A DNA stretch of 64,000 bases from Eledone cirrhosa. Lineage: Eukaryota. Below the pieces are notes generated by a model that was given only the letters and a program-made list of their open reading frames with translations, was not told the origin of the DNA and did no database searches. Location: contig OZ024741.1 of NCBI GenBank assembly GCA_964016885.1, forward strand, positions 329,158,001-329,222,000, written 5' to 3'. A program made the translations under genes and the position numbers. Shown piece after piece: positions 1-13,214 of this stretch. Numbering within the stretch: the stretch's first letter is position 1; every line of letters begins with the position of its first letter.

Positions 1-190
1 AGCCAAATACTATAAAGGAAATCAATGTCTTAATCTCCCATAGAACTCAACATAACTACGAAGGAAATGGAAAATTTATCCAAAGATAAAGATCTAGAGA
101 TAGAAATAACCCGGATGTTGTTGATGAAAACAGGCACAATATCTACAATAATATTAGGTGCTTTGGGAATAATAAAAAAACGCAGTCAGA
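1..190 (+). mobile_element. R4/Dong-type (RLE) non-LTR retrotransposon, degenerate C-terminal fragment
   Basis: Translates to EMENLSKDKDLEIEITRMLLMKTGTISTIILGALGIIKK, matching the K-Y-x-DLEIE...I(V)GALG end of R4/Dong ORFs. Confidence 0.65.
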
Positions 191-489
191 GACATGTATG
201 TATTTGTGTGTGTATGCGTGTGTATGCGTGTGCAAAATCACCATAAGCAAAATATTTGAACTCGCATCAAGTAAACCTTATATTACACTTAACGACTCTA
301 AAGCGTATTCTTAAACCAAATGAACTAAGTATAGTTAACAGGCGTAAATCTGACACGATTGAGCTACAGATCAAACATATCTTAAGCATGAAAACATTAC
401 GATATTGCCTATATCGGGTGCTCATAAGATTTATAGAAAACTATGAGAGATATGAATGGAACGGTGCTACTCATACACACACACACACA

Positions 490-520
<31 letters not shown>

Positions 521-1342
521 AACACATCATAAGCTATATATTGAAAAAAAGGCTACGCGACTGAATGACATAAAGACACTGACAAGTTCGTTCCAGGCTC
601 TAGAAAAAACAAACGGTCTGTCTTCTCCGTTTGCTTTTTCTACCACTAATATAATGGCTTCTGCTCTTTAAAACTGGTTGACCACATGCTGCATCACACG
701 TCTCTCCTCTCTGATACTCTATGTCGTGTCCCCCCCACCCATATCCCTCCCATACGAACCAAAACGCTCCGTCCTTCTTCCTAGAACACAGCTACACACA
801 TTCAAATTCTTTGCTTGCACATGCCTTTCCTGCGGTTGTCAAACTGCACCAATTCATTCTAAACATCAACAGAATCGGCCTCAGACAGACTGCAGTGATA
901 ATGGACACGGTCCCTTCCCCCAGATGTAACAAATACAAGCAAAGCATGACACACTCAATGGACTAACTAGCATCGGTATCTTTGAACTGTATAGAGACAA
1001 CGAGTTAGCAGTTTCGACATTAAGAATGTATGCATAGACAAACATTAGAAACACATTGGCATCTAGTAAAATATCAGAGAATTGCAAACAGAGAGAAGGA
1101 AATTCATTTAAAGAGACGGATCAATAGACACATAAGCATAAGCACACACAGTGGTATATGTATACATATGTAGATAAATATATATGCACCTGCGTATGTA
1201 TATGTATGTGTATATGTATATGTATACATATCTAAGTATGTGTATAAATACAAATATATATATTTATATATATATGTGTGTGTTTGTTTGAGTATGTGTA
1301 TGCATATATACATGCATAACGATACATATATATATATATTAT

Positions 1343-1847
1343 ATTAAGGATACTATTTATAGTTATTTACATTTTAAACTATAAAAAGGGAAGGTCAGTA
1401 ATTTATTACTACCTTATTACCAGTAAGATAAATAGCTCAATGTAAGAACATCAGTTGTTCTACAGAGCAGTTATATAGAATTCACAAGAATCAAAGCTAT
1501 GTTCAAAGCATTTATTCACTTACAATTGTTTCATCCAAACCTGGAGTCTCCAGAGCATTTTTCAATGCCTATACATATAATTGACCTCCTATCCAACGCA
1601 AGAGACATACAGATACATATATATATATTGATGTACAGTGGAGTGACATATATTATACTATACTATCTCTGTACAGCAATTCAAATTTAAAATCAAAATT
1701 AAAATACATGCAGCAGATAACACAGATAATGCAATAGGATAGTTCGATAATCAGATCTAGTAGATAGTGTATGCGTTAGTCATACATGGTGCATGCAAGT
1801 GTGTCTCATTTATATACGAGTATTGTGTGGCAAGGTGTTACATGTAA
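1343..1847 (-). repeat. 3' pseudo-LTR of PLE-A
   Basis: Near-identical to 5499-6041; contains HHR. Confidence 0.9.
1517..1557 (-). ncRNA. Type I hammerhead-like ribozyme (CUGGAGA core) in PLE-A 3' pLTR
   Basis: ugcu-CUGGAGA-c-ucca ggtt ugga-u-GAAAC-aauu-GUA-agug. Confidence 0.65.
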
Positions 1848-3054
1848 TGCAAGCACTTTAAGCGGGTAAGCAAGAGTATTATAGTGGTTGTAGTGGGAGG
1901 GTATTTTTTGTATAGATCAAAAAAGTATGTGTGCAGAAAAAGAAAAGAAAAAGAAAAAGAAAAAGAAAAAGAAAGTTATAGTTTTCGCATCCACCACCAT
2001 TTTCACATTCGGAAAAAGGAAGTTATAGTTTTCACATCCATCACATATGTTACGATGAATTCGTATTGAATGTTTGATGTAGTAAATGATTGTAACATAT
2101 TGAGGCTCAGTGTTATTTAATACATATTTATAGAATAGGTTCTTTCTGCTGCGAGAATTTACAGTGGTTTATTATCCGGAAGTAGGTGTGTAATTAAGTG
2201 AAGTTAATGCGTAAGGGGAGGTAACTAGCTGATTCTCATAACTAAATTCATTGTTCTAACATACATTATATGGTACCTCAATTGAGTCCCTTATATAAAA
2301 GGTTATATATTTATATTTAATTTTAAATACAGTCTACTCTATCATAATGTATTAAAGGTATCTACAGGAAGTTGATTACTCCTTATTATATATCGCTATT
2401 ATTGAACTTCCCACAGAAAGTGCTATATCTTTATATCAAAATTCACTGTAAATACAGTCTACTCTCAAAACATATCAAAGGATCAATTAGAATTTTGTCT
2501 ACATAATCCCTGGTAAGCTATAGAGCAGCGTACGGCTGTTTGCACGATAAAATCAAATACATCTCTTGGGTAAACAAATACATCTCTCATTTACAATGTC
2601 ATTAATCTATCCATCAAGTTATACATGCATATATAATTCATATACAATTCATTGCACCACCCTACATATAAGTTAGACAGATCCCTTATGTTAATAAATT
2701 AATCCTATATATATCTGATGTTATTACTCTATACATTTAATTACAGATGCATATATAATTCACTGCCGTATCTAGTATTTAAAGTTTATATAGACTGTAT
2801 TATATTTCAATCCCTATATAATTATAAGTAATTAAAAGTAATTATATTAAAAGTTGGTGTTTATGGGGACATTTCTAGGGTATAAAGTTATAGATAGATA
2901 GAATGATTTGTGTCGAGGAAAGGGTGGATCAGAGAGTGTGGTGTAGTGGTGGAAGGCAAGCCCTTGAGGTGTAGTGTTAGAAGCGGTGATGGGTTCTAAT
3001 CTGACATTGTTATATATTGGGTTTAAAGCTTTGGAAGGAGTGTCGGAAGCAGTG

Positions 3055-5449
3055 TTGGCACGACGCAAACACTTTCGATTTTTTATTAAGGAGGTTAAGG
3101 TTTGAAAAGATTATAGTATGGGTCTCTAGTAGACAAAGGTTACAGAATGTATTAGGTGGTTTGTAGGATGCCGCCTTACCTATCACTTCCCATTGAAGTG
3201 TATATGATCTATTTCTAGTTTTCAGATAGTGTATGTAGCTAGATAGTGAAGTGGAGTTGGCTAGACTGTGTTTTTTTGAAAGAATGGGGATGTGAGTTGT
3301 ATCTCGTTTTGAAGCAGTTCGAAGTAGAGCCTATATAGGTTTCAGAAGTTCTGACCGTGCATGAGTAGATGATGTCCTTGATTGAGCAGTTTTTACCTAA
3401 AGGGCAGGTTCTATTAGATCTACAGTTACAATTATTTTGGATGTTAACCTGTCGGTTATTATGTTGTGTAGAAGTTTGGTTGCTAGGTATTGCATTATAG
3501 CTATGAAGATTGTCGTTCCTAATGTTATTGATTTCATTATTGTTATTACTGTTATTACTATTGATATCAGGGTTAGCAGTTTTTACGTTGTTTTGAAAGT
3601 TTACCCCCTGCTGTGTTTTAGTTTGTTGAAAGTAAGTATTAATCTTTCATTTATTGCTAATAGCTATGTGGTATGCTATGTTTAGGCGTGGTAGAGTAGG
3701 AGATTTTAATTGTTTTAATTTATAAGACTATGGTACTTGTGGCCAGATGGGAAGTTTTTATCCAGGAGTGAGAAGAAAGCCTTAGGTAGATTGGTAGAGA
3801 CGTTTAGATTGAAAGGGGGGGTTGAAAAATGTATTAGTTCTTCTATTTTTGTTTTTTTATATCTGTTGAAGTGTTTCCGTTTATGGTATTTTGGTGTCTT
3901 CTCTGGTGTGAGTTATGTTTGTTGCTACCCTTTGTATTAGTGTGTGTGTGGTTATTACTCCTATTACTATTTTTCCTCGTGATCATATTGTGAGAAATAA
4001 TGTTGTAACTATGTGTTTTTATAGGTAGGAACTCAATCTCATTATTATGGCCTGATCTAGCTAATGCCTGATTATAGTATTGTGAGTTTTTGCTAAATAT
4101 GGTTTCGTCAAAAGATAGATTAAAGATTCTATTGGATATTCCTTTAGAGATAGAGTTTAATATTGGTCTAGGGTGGTTAGACTTGGTATCTACGTAAATT
4201 AGTTTTTCGTTAGGTTTATGGAATGGTGTATATATCCTTGAGTCTAGGTAAAGGGTAGCATCAAGGAAGTTAACGTTTTTAGTGTTTTTGTCTATGGTGA
4301 TACTTAGGTTATAGTTTTTGAAAGTTTTATGCAATAGTTTCCTAGTTCTTTCTATATTAAATTTGTTATAGTCTATAAGGAGTAGTGCATCATCGCGGTA
4401 CAAACCACCGTTGAGGTATGGTAGGTCCTTATGGATTTCGTTTAGTAGGTATAGGCCCACCAAATCAGTGACCTCCGCCGAGTCACTAGATCCCATGGTT
4501 ATGTCAAAATTGTTATGCGTATCCTTGCGGGTCCATAACTGATCTTCAAAAGTGATTACGGTTTTACGGGCCGCAAGTATGACATCAATCTGGGGTCTAG
4601 TCAGGTCACTATTGTTCATGGCCATAATTAGTGCCTTATTTAATAGGATAGGGGAAATAGAGGTGTAGTATGAATTGATATCAAACTGAATAAATTTTTT
4701 AGTTTTGTTCTCTTTGATATCCTTAGACCATTCAATAACTTCCCCCGTATTTCCCCACTGTTTAAGGTATATTTTGTGTTTAATCTGTGGGATAATTTTA
4801 TCTAAAATGTTCTTACTGATAATGCCAATGTCAAACTTGGAAGGGCAGATTAGTCTAATCGAAGGGTTACTAATGAAATCCTCCTTATGGTCCTTCAGAG
4901 AGAATCTAGGGGGGGGGGTCGGGGTGTATGGTTGTGTATGTCTCTGAAGTCCCAATTTGGACACTATATTACGGCCTTCCTAATTAATATCTTCTAGGTT
5001 TTTCATAGTAGTTTTCTTATAGCTCCTGTGTAGTTCTTTATATATAAATTTTCTATATGTATCATAATCTAGGCTGTATATGTTATTAGTTTTGTCCGCA
5101 TGCACAATAATTTTACTACTTGTTTTGAATCCATTAATAGAGGAGTTGAGTTTGTTTAAGAAGGTGTTGTTTCTATTACGATGCTTTTTGTATTTAATGT
5201 TCTTAACTAATTTTATTAGGTCATTTTCAAAGGTGTTTAGTAGTGTGTTGTGAGGAAGGCTTCTAAAAGTTTTAAAGCCGAAGGAGTCGAATTTGTTAGT
5301 ATCATCAATTTTGTTAGATCTGTTTTTATCATAATGGAATGTCCTCCATCTCACTCTATTGATAAAGGGGTTGATACTATTGATCAATAATTTTTCGTAT
5401 GTATCTTTGGATGGTATTGGTATGTTCTTAGTTGATCTTTGATCAGCAT
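3055..5449 (-). pseudogene. PLE-A polyprotein (N-terminal domain, RT, GIY-YIG), frameshifted
   Basis: STKNIPIP and RVRWR N-terminal motifs, HADKT, FDI, MGSSDSAEV, LYRDD and NFLD in ORFs 4980-5387 and 3843-4964. CNCRSNRTCPL...IIY...YIGSTSNCFKTRYNSH reads at about 3300-3430. Probable ATG at 5449. Confidence 0.9.
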
Positions 5450-5498
5450 ACTGGTAATTTAATGTATGTTAGCTCAACAGTATGGAGCAGTTAATAAT

Positions 5499-6041
5499 AT
5501 TAAGGAAACTATTTATAGTTATGTATATTTTAAACTTTTTATAGTTATGTATATTTTAAACTATAAAAAGGGAAGGTCGGTAATTTATTACTACCTTATT
5601 ACCAGTAAGATAAATAGCTCAATGTAAGAACATCAGTTGTTCTACAGAGCAGTTATATAGAATTCACAAGAATCAAAGCTATGTTCAAAGCATTTATTCA
5701 CTTACAATTGTTTCATCCAAACCTAGGCTTGGAGTCTCCAGAGCATTTTTCAATGCTTGTACATATAATTGACCTCCTATCCAACGCAAGAGACATACAG
5801 ATACATATATATATATTGATGTACAGTGGAGTGACATATATTATACTATACTATATTTGTACAGCAATTTAAAATCAAATTTAAAATCAAAATTAAAATA
5901 CATGCGGCAGATAACACAGATAATGCAATAGGATAGTTCGATAATCAGATCTAGTAGATAGTGTATGCGTTAGTCATACATGGTGCAAGTAAGTGTGTCT
6001 CATTTATATACGAGTATTGTGTGGCAAGGTGTTACATGTAA
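5499..6041 (-). repeat. 5' pseudo-LTR of PLE-A
   Basis: Near-identical to 1343-1847; contains HHR. Confidence 0.9.
5699..5745 (-). ncRNA. Type I hammerhead-like ribozyme (CUGGAGA core) in PLE-A 5' pLTR
   Basis: ugcu-CUGGAGA-c-uccaagccu/agguuugga-u-GAAAC-aauu-GUA-agug. Confidence 0.7.
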
Positions 6042-6148
6042 GTGAATAAATGCTTTGAACATAGCTTTGATTCTTGTGAATTCTCTCTCTATATATATAG
6101 AGAGAGAGAGGGGAGAAAAAAGATAGAGAGAGAGGGGGGAGAGAGAGA

Positions 6149-6252
<104 letters not shown>

Positions 6253-6454
6253 TGTGCATATCCATAAAATGAGTGACAAAAATTGCTAAGAGGATGTCTG
6301 AATTACAGGAAACAGACTGTATCTCAGCTTAACGAAAAAATAAATATTTAACGTCTTTGACTTTTCGCATATATATGCGTAGGTTTTCCTCCTATTGAGA
6401 AAAACATTTTAGTATGTGTACACGTATTTCTATATATTTATAGGCATGTGTATG

Positions 6455-6535
<81 letters not shown>

Positions 6536-6548
6536 AGAGTGATAGGGA

Positions 6549-6595
<47 letters not shown>

Positions 6596-6621
6596 ATAAA
6601 TAGATAGATAGATAGATAGAG

Positions 6622-6672
<51 letters not shown>

Positions 6673-6696
6673 CTATTTATTTCTTTATATAGATTT

Positions 6697-7092
6697 AATA
6701 ATTGTTTCTACTTTAGGCACAAGGCCATCAAAATACCCAGTACATTACTGGTACTTTATTTTATCGACCCCGTAAGGATGAAAGGCAAAGTTGACCTGGG
6801 CGTGATTTGAACTCAGAATGGCAAGGGCCGTTACTCTATACGTCAAAGCATAGCGTCCGACCCTCTACCAATACTGCGAATCCCCACCTTAATAATTGTT
6901 TCTACTATTGGAACAAGGCCAGATATTACCCAGTACATTACTGGTACTTTATTTTGTCGACCCCGTAAGGATGAAAGGCAAAGTTAACCTCGGCGGGATT
7001 TGAATTCAGAATAGCAAGGGCCATAACTCTATGCATCAAAGCATGGCGTCCGACCCTCTACCGATACTGCCAATCCACCGCAATCTCCACCT
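6697..7092 (-). mobile_element. Two tandem tRNA-derived SINEs (about 190 bp each; MetaSINE-like central domain)
   Basis: Pol III A box (TGGCAGTATCGG) and B box (GAGTTCAAATC) on the minus strand, GCCTTTCATCCTTACGGGGTCGATAAAATAAAGTACCAG core, (ATT) tail; many copies in the window. Confidence 0.85.
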
Positions 7093-7144
7093 TAATAATG
7101 ACTACCAATATGAATATAAAATACAACTTTTCGTAAAGCATAAT

Positions 7145-7191
<47 letters not shown>

Positions 7192-7455
7192 GGGGGGAGG
7201 GTATGGACACACATACACAAACACATTTATATCTGTATAAAGAAACACACATACCGTTATATATTTATATATATATATATACATATATATTATTTATATG
7301 TACATATATATATTATTTATATGTACATCTATATATATATACATATGTGTGTGTGTGTGTGTGTGTGTGTATAAGTACATACATGTATATTTATATGTAT
7401 ATATATATATATATAATGCATATATATGTGCATGTATGTATATATATACGTATAT

Positions 7456-7531
<76 letters not shown>

Positions 7532-7598
7532 GTTTAAGCGTCAGTCATACAAAAGTGAGTTACAAACGAAACGAAATTTAATTTCGTTTCGTTATTTG

Positions 7599-7643
<45 letters not shown>

Positions 7644-7692
7644 AAATGCGCATAATAAAATACATGGAACTCTTTTAACCATCTTTTGTTCT

Positions 7693-7736
<44 letters not shown>

Positions 7737-7994
7737 TAGATGTATATATACTTGTACATACTCATATATTCATACATATAACATAATGATATGGGTGTGT
7801 GGTAAGTTACGTGTTTGCATAGGAAATATTTAACATTTTGACATATCAAAGACTATATGACATTCAATTTTGCCCTTACCTCTATTTATTATTCAGAACG
7901 TACTGGATGTAAAAATGAAATGAAATATATATGTTTATATGTGTGTGAAAGAAAGAGAGGGAGAGAGTATGTGTGCGCGTGCGTGTTACGTAAT

Positions 7995-8071
7995 CTGATG
8001 ACGCAATGAATTCTCGACAGTTGGATTACGTAACTGTCTTTATCCCATTGCAGAAACTAATTAGTTGGAGT
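7995..8071 (+). ncRNA. Hammerhead ribozyme copy lacking the 5' strand of stem I
   Basis: Identical to 8553-8629, but the upstream acucc is replaced by a short inverted segment (gttacgtaat). Confidence 0.7.
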
Positions 8072-8547
8072 GAAAATTTAAGTAAGTAAAAAATTAAAAA
8101 AAAATTTTTTTTTTTTAATATTTTCTTATTTTACGTCTTTTATATTATTGTTCTGCATTCTCCTGCATTGAACCACCTAGGTACTATGACATAACCTGTG
8201 TATTTGCTGGCATGGGCGTGCATCTGTGCGCTTATGTTAGTTGATATATTAAATTATCTATATTTATCTCCAAATCACTGATTTGTCGAGCAAACTTGCC
8301 AAAACCACTTCTAAAAAAACTTTTTTTTGGGGTGTTAGTAGGTGTCAGTCATCTTACCATCCCATTCCTTCTAACTAGCCTCTGTGTCACGTGATTGATT
8401 CTTTAGAATCGGCCATTTGACTTGAAGCAGTGAGAATTTCGGTACATAGAATCCAGTCCTCGCAAGCTGTTCGATCTACCGAATTATTATTATTTTTATA
8501 TGAGCCGCCAGTGTCCGCGCATTGCCTGGAGACTTAACTGAGAATAG

Positions 8548-8629
8548 ACTCCCTGATGACGCAATGAATTCTCGACAGTTGGATTACGTAACTGTCTTTA
8601 TCCCATTGCAGAAACTAATTAGTTGGAGT
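8548..8629 (+). ncRNA. Type I hammerhead ribozyme
   Basis: acucc-CUGAUGA-c-gcaaug..gacaguu/aacuguc..cauugc-a-GAAAC-uaauua-GUU-ggagu; canonical core, all three stems pair. Confidence 0.88.
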
Positions 8630-8888
8630 GAAAATTTAAGTAAGTAAAAAAATTTTTAAAAATTTTTTTAAAAAAATATTTTCTTATTTTACGTCTTTTA
8701 TATTATTGTTCTGCATTCTCCTGCATTGAACCACCTAGGTACTATGACATAACCTGTGTATTTGCTGGCATGGGCGTGCATCTGTGCGCTTATGTTAGTT
8801 GATATATTAAATTATCTATATATATATATATATATAGATGAGATTCTACAGCACTAGAACTGTTTCATTCTTTAGAAATCATCAGGAA

Positions 8889-8922
<34 letters not shown>

Positions 8923-8924
8923 AT

Positions 8925-8986
8925 AATATTGACATACCCTTAAAGAATGCGACCATGGTCGCATTCTTTAAGGGTATGTCAATATT
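8925..8986. repeat. Perfect 62-bp palindrome at the start of an HHR cassette
   Basis: aatattgacatacccttaaagaatgcgacca|tggtcgcattctttaagggtatgtcaatatt. Confidence 0.95.
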
Positions 8987-9010
8987 CGTTTATAAAACTG
9001 ATCTATATTA

Positions 9011-9075
9011 TATTTTATCTGATGAAAGCGCACCATAATTTGCTTTGGTGTCCTTGAAATATGTATAATGAAATA
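9011..9075 (+). ncRNA. Type I hammerhead ribozyme in ORF-less cassette 8920-9210
   Basis: uauuuuau-CUGAUGA-aagcgcacca..ugguguccuu-GAAAU-augu-AUA-augaaaua; homologues at 28181 and 28332. Confidence 0.8.
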
Positions 9076-9223
9076 AATATGGTTTTATAAATATAGTTTC
9101 CATTTGTTAATATATTGTATTTTTACTCCAATAATTTGTTGAGTGCTTTATATCATTTATAAAAATATTTGCTTGTTGTATCCCAACAAATTAAATATAA
9201 CTTCTACATATATATATATACAC

Positions 9224-9288
<65 letters not shown>

Positions 9289-9289
<1 letters not shown>

Positions 9290-11565
9290 CATGGATCTCT
9301 ACAATGCCAACTGGGATGCAATTATGAACGAACTATCACATGTCGACTGGTCTTTTATACACGCACACACTTCAACCAACATCAAAACATCTTGGCAGAT
9401 CTTTGTAGACACTGTCGCAAATATATGTACAAGACACACCCCACCAAAACCTCTGAACAAAATCAAGTGCAGTATCCCCCAAAACAGAAAAACAATTATC
9501 AGAAAAATAAAAAGAACAAACAAAAAAATGAACACACTAAAATACTGCCAACAGCAACACACACATTCAATGGCTATCACCCTGCTTGAGTAAAAAAACT
9601 ATAACCTCCAGCAATGCATGATGACCATCAGCAATAAACTGAGAATAGCTGAAGAGAGGTAGACCATTGAGAAAATCAAACTCAACCCCAAAGTGTTCTT
9701 CTCATTCGCTATAAAACACAAGGTCACCATCTCCGCTGTTGGCCCCCTAGTTGATGAAAATGGCACATTCCAGGACAATGCCAAAACCATGGGCGAGATA
9801 CTGCAGAAGCAATACTGCTCTGTTTTCAGCAACCCTGATATGGCCGATCTGGGTCGTATCAGTGATATTAACCCCCAACACACTATATCAGACATAACGT
9901 TTGGCGCCCCTAATGTCTTAGCGGCAATAAACGAAATTAAACACAATTCAGCAGTAGGTCCCGACAGGTTCCCTGCTTGTGTCCTGAAGGTGTGTCGACA
10001 CCAACTTGCAACTCCTCTTGCTTATCTGTTGAGGAACTTACTGGACACTGGCTATATTCCTGAAAACTTTCTGTCCCAGTCCGTTGTCCCAGTCTTCAAA
10101 AAGGGAAATAAGTCCCTTGCAGTGAACTACCGTCCGATCTCACTCATCTCTCATATTATCAATGTATTTGAGAGGGTGGTGAGATCAGGAATAACCCACT
10201 TTCTTGAAAGCAACGGCCTGCTGAACTCCAACCAACAATGGGTTCCGTAATGGAAGGGACTGCCTAACGCAGTTCCTGCATCACTTTGACGATGTTTTGA
10301 GAGCCTTGGGAGAGGGCTCCAATACTGATGTCATCTACCTTGATTTCAGCAAGGCCTTCGACAGGGTTGACCATAAGATTCTACTGAAAAAACTATCCAA
10401 TGTTGGTGTCTCTGGAAGGTTACTACAGTGGATCAAATGTTTCCTGACAGGCAGAACCCAGCATGTTGTAGTCGAAGGAGTAAAATCAAGCCCTGCCAAA
10501 GTCCGCAGTGGCGTCCCACAAGGCACTGTGTTGGGCCCACTTCTTTTCATCATTTACATTAATGACATTACTGACATCATCAAACACAGTAACATCAGAA
10601 TCTTCGCAGATGATTCTAAGCTCCAAAGGGTCATCAATAAGGTGGGTGATCGGACTTGCCTTCAGTCAGACCTACTGGCTGTTATCCAATGGGCAGAGAT
10701 GAATAATATGCTGTGGAATGAGAATAAATTTGAACTAATCTACTTTGGAAAAAAGGATGCTCTGAAACTACCATACTTTCTTCCTTCGGGTGAAACTCTA
10801 GTGGCTTCCAATAACATCAGAGACCTGGGAGTAATTGTGGACAACAATATAAGCTGGGCCACTCATATAAACAGAAAAGTTGATATGGCCCGCAGAATGT
10901 GTTGCTGGGTTCTCAGAACTTTCCAGTCGAGAGATATCCACACTGTTGTCCTTCTCTTCTCCACTTTTGACCGACCCCACCTTGAATACTGTTGTCCACT
11001 GTGGTCACCCCACACGAAACAAAGTATCATGAAAGTTGAAGCACCCCAAAGGTCAATTACAAAAAAGATAGTTGGCATGACAGGCCTTGACTATTAGGGT
11101 CGATTAGAAAAGCTCAAACTTTATTCTCTTCAACGTCGCCGTGAGCGCTACATTATCTGTATGATGTGGAAAATATTCCATCACCTTTGCCCAAATGATG
11201 TTGGCATCATCTTTAGTGTACACCCAAGGCTTGGACTCCGTGCTATCCGCCCAGGACAAAAATCCCACTCGCATCACATAACAACAATACGGCACAATTA
11301 TTTCACCTCAATTGGCCCTGCACTCTTTAACATTACACCAACACTCATCAAAGCAGAGGCAGGCCCCATCAAGTTCAAGAAGTCTTTGGATAAATTCCTT
11401 CAAAAAATCCCGGATAAGCCTCCTACACCCGGATATGCCTCCGTAAACAATAACTCTCTGCTCGAGTGGGCCATGGTGCCCAAATACTGATTTGTAAGAC
11501 TTCGCCAAGTGGTGCTATTGAGTTAGACATGGCCTGGGCCAATACTGGCCGAAACCTATCAAAGT
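9289..11565 (+). mobile_element. 5'-truncated LINE of the CR1/L2 group; RT pseudogene
   Basis: ORFs 9693-10250, 10297-11097 and 11161-11490 carry NYRPISL, YLDFSKAFD, SGVPQGTVLGP, FADD, RDLGV, PHLEYC and LDKFLQKIPD; stops and frameshifts; flanked by (TA)n. Confidence 0.92.
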
Positions 11566-11581
11566 TATATATATATCTCTC

Positions 11582-11684
<103 letters not shown>

Positions 11685-11879
11685 AGATAAATCTACCAAA
11701 AGTTTACGGTAGTGTCCAATCCGTATGAAGAACTCAATGTAATCCGGATATCATGGAAAGAAGAGATGCATTCAAAAATCACTTTCGGTGAGAGATAAAC
11801 GGAATACAGGGTCAAGATAAAATATTAAAAAAATAATGAATAAAACAATGAAACAGTTCCTTATATTAAACAAAAAAAG

Positions 11880-12032
11880 TTCATTATTTAACGATCGTTT
11901 CTAGGACATATATGTGTTAGAATTGGTATGCATACTCAACAGATCTATGTACAAAATTATACAAAATTATACAAATTATCAAATAGAATATACATACCAA
12001 CACATACATATGCCGTCTTCAGAAATAATGAA
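11880..12032 (-). ncRNA. Type I hammerhead ribozyme with about 114-nt stem II
   Basis: Reverse complement of 19001-19153. Confidence 0.85.
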
Positions 12033-12655
12033 ATATATTTATTGATAATAACAACAATTCAAAATTATAGGTCTGTTTGGGAACAGAGTTCAAATAGACC
12101 AATGAAATACACAAAAATATATCAAGAAAATACAGTTAGGTGTGTGTATATATGTAAGTAACTTCGTTCACAAATATGCATAAAAATATATGTTCACATG
12201 CATACGCATGTCGAAAAAATGTATGTAAATACAAAAATTCAGGGCTAATGTCTCTGTTTGTTTATAATCCACAGACAAAATACACATACGTATATAAACA
12301 TATATACACTCATATATACACACATATACATACATTCATACACACACACGCATATATACATAAACATACACATACCCACGAACATACACACACACACACA
12401 CACGCACACACACACATACGTTTATATTATTATTATAACTATATGGATACTAAGGCGCACACATAAACACTGCCACATATATTTACATCTAGATGCAGAA
12501 ACTAAAGTAGGTAAAGGGGGTCAGTAATTACTGAGGGTGTCAGACAACAGCCTATTTATAAAATGTATCTATAAATTTAGAAATAAAAAGAAATATATTA
12601 AAAAGAAATAAACAAGTAAAATATATACTCATACATAAAATACACACCGATATAC

Positions 12656-12732
<77 letters not shown>

Positions 12733-13139
12733 TATATAGAGACATATACATATACATATATAAATACATAGACACACATACATACACACATATATATATA
12801 CATATACTCACAACACACATATATATATATACACATATATGTACATACACATACACACATACATACATATACATACATATATATACACACATATATATAC
12901 ATACATATATACACACATATATATACATATACATACACGCACATATATACACACACACACACACATACATATACGTATATATTCATACACATACACATAT
13001 CCATGTATATATATACACATACAACCACACGCTCACACACAACTCAGACATACATAAATAAAGAGATATACATACACACATATATATATATAGATATATA
13101 CATACACATAAATATATATATACACACACACATACTCAT

Positions 13140-13214
<75 letters not shown>

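Larger units (their letters stand above)
1343..6085 (-). mobile_element. Penelope-like element family A, near full length, with direct pseudo-LTRs and inverted tail
   Basis: Direct repeats of about 510-540 bp (1343-1847, 5499-6041) flank a disrupted RT + GIY-YIG ORF. 6037-6085 is an inverted copy of the pLTR segment next to the HHR. Flanked by (TA)n and (TA)(GA)n. Confidence 0.92.
7984..8822 (+). mobile_element. Non-coding tandem HHR unit (558-bp period, about 1.5 copies); retrozyme-like or tandem pLTR
   Basis: 7995-8264 is repeated at 8553-8822; each copy starts with CTGATGA; ends in (TA)n; no ORF. Confidence 0.8.

Noticed and set aside
9599-11078. Antisense ORFs over the LINE and PLE RTs
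   Set aside because: Shadow ORFs of the sense-strand retroelement coding sequence
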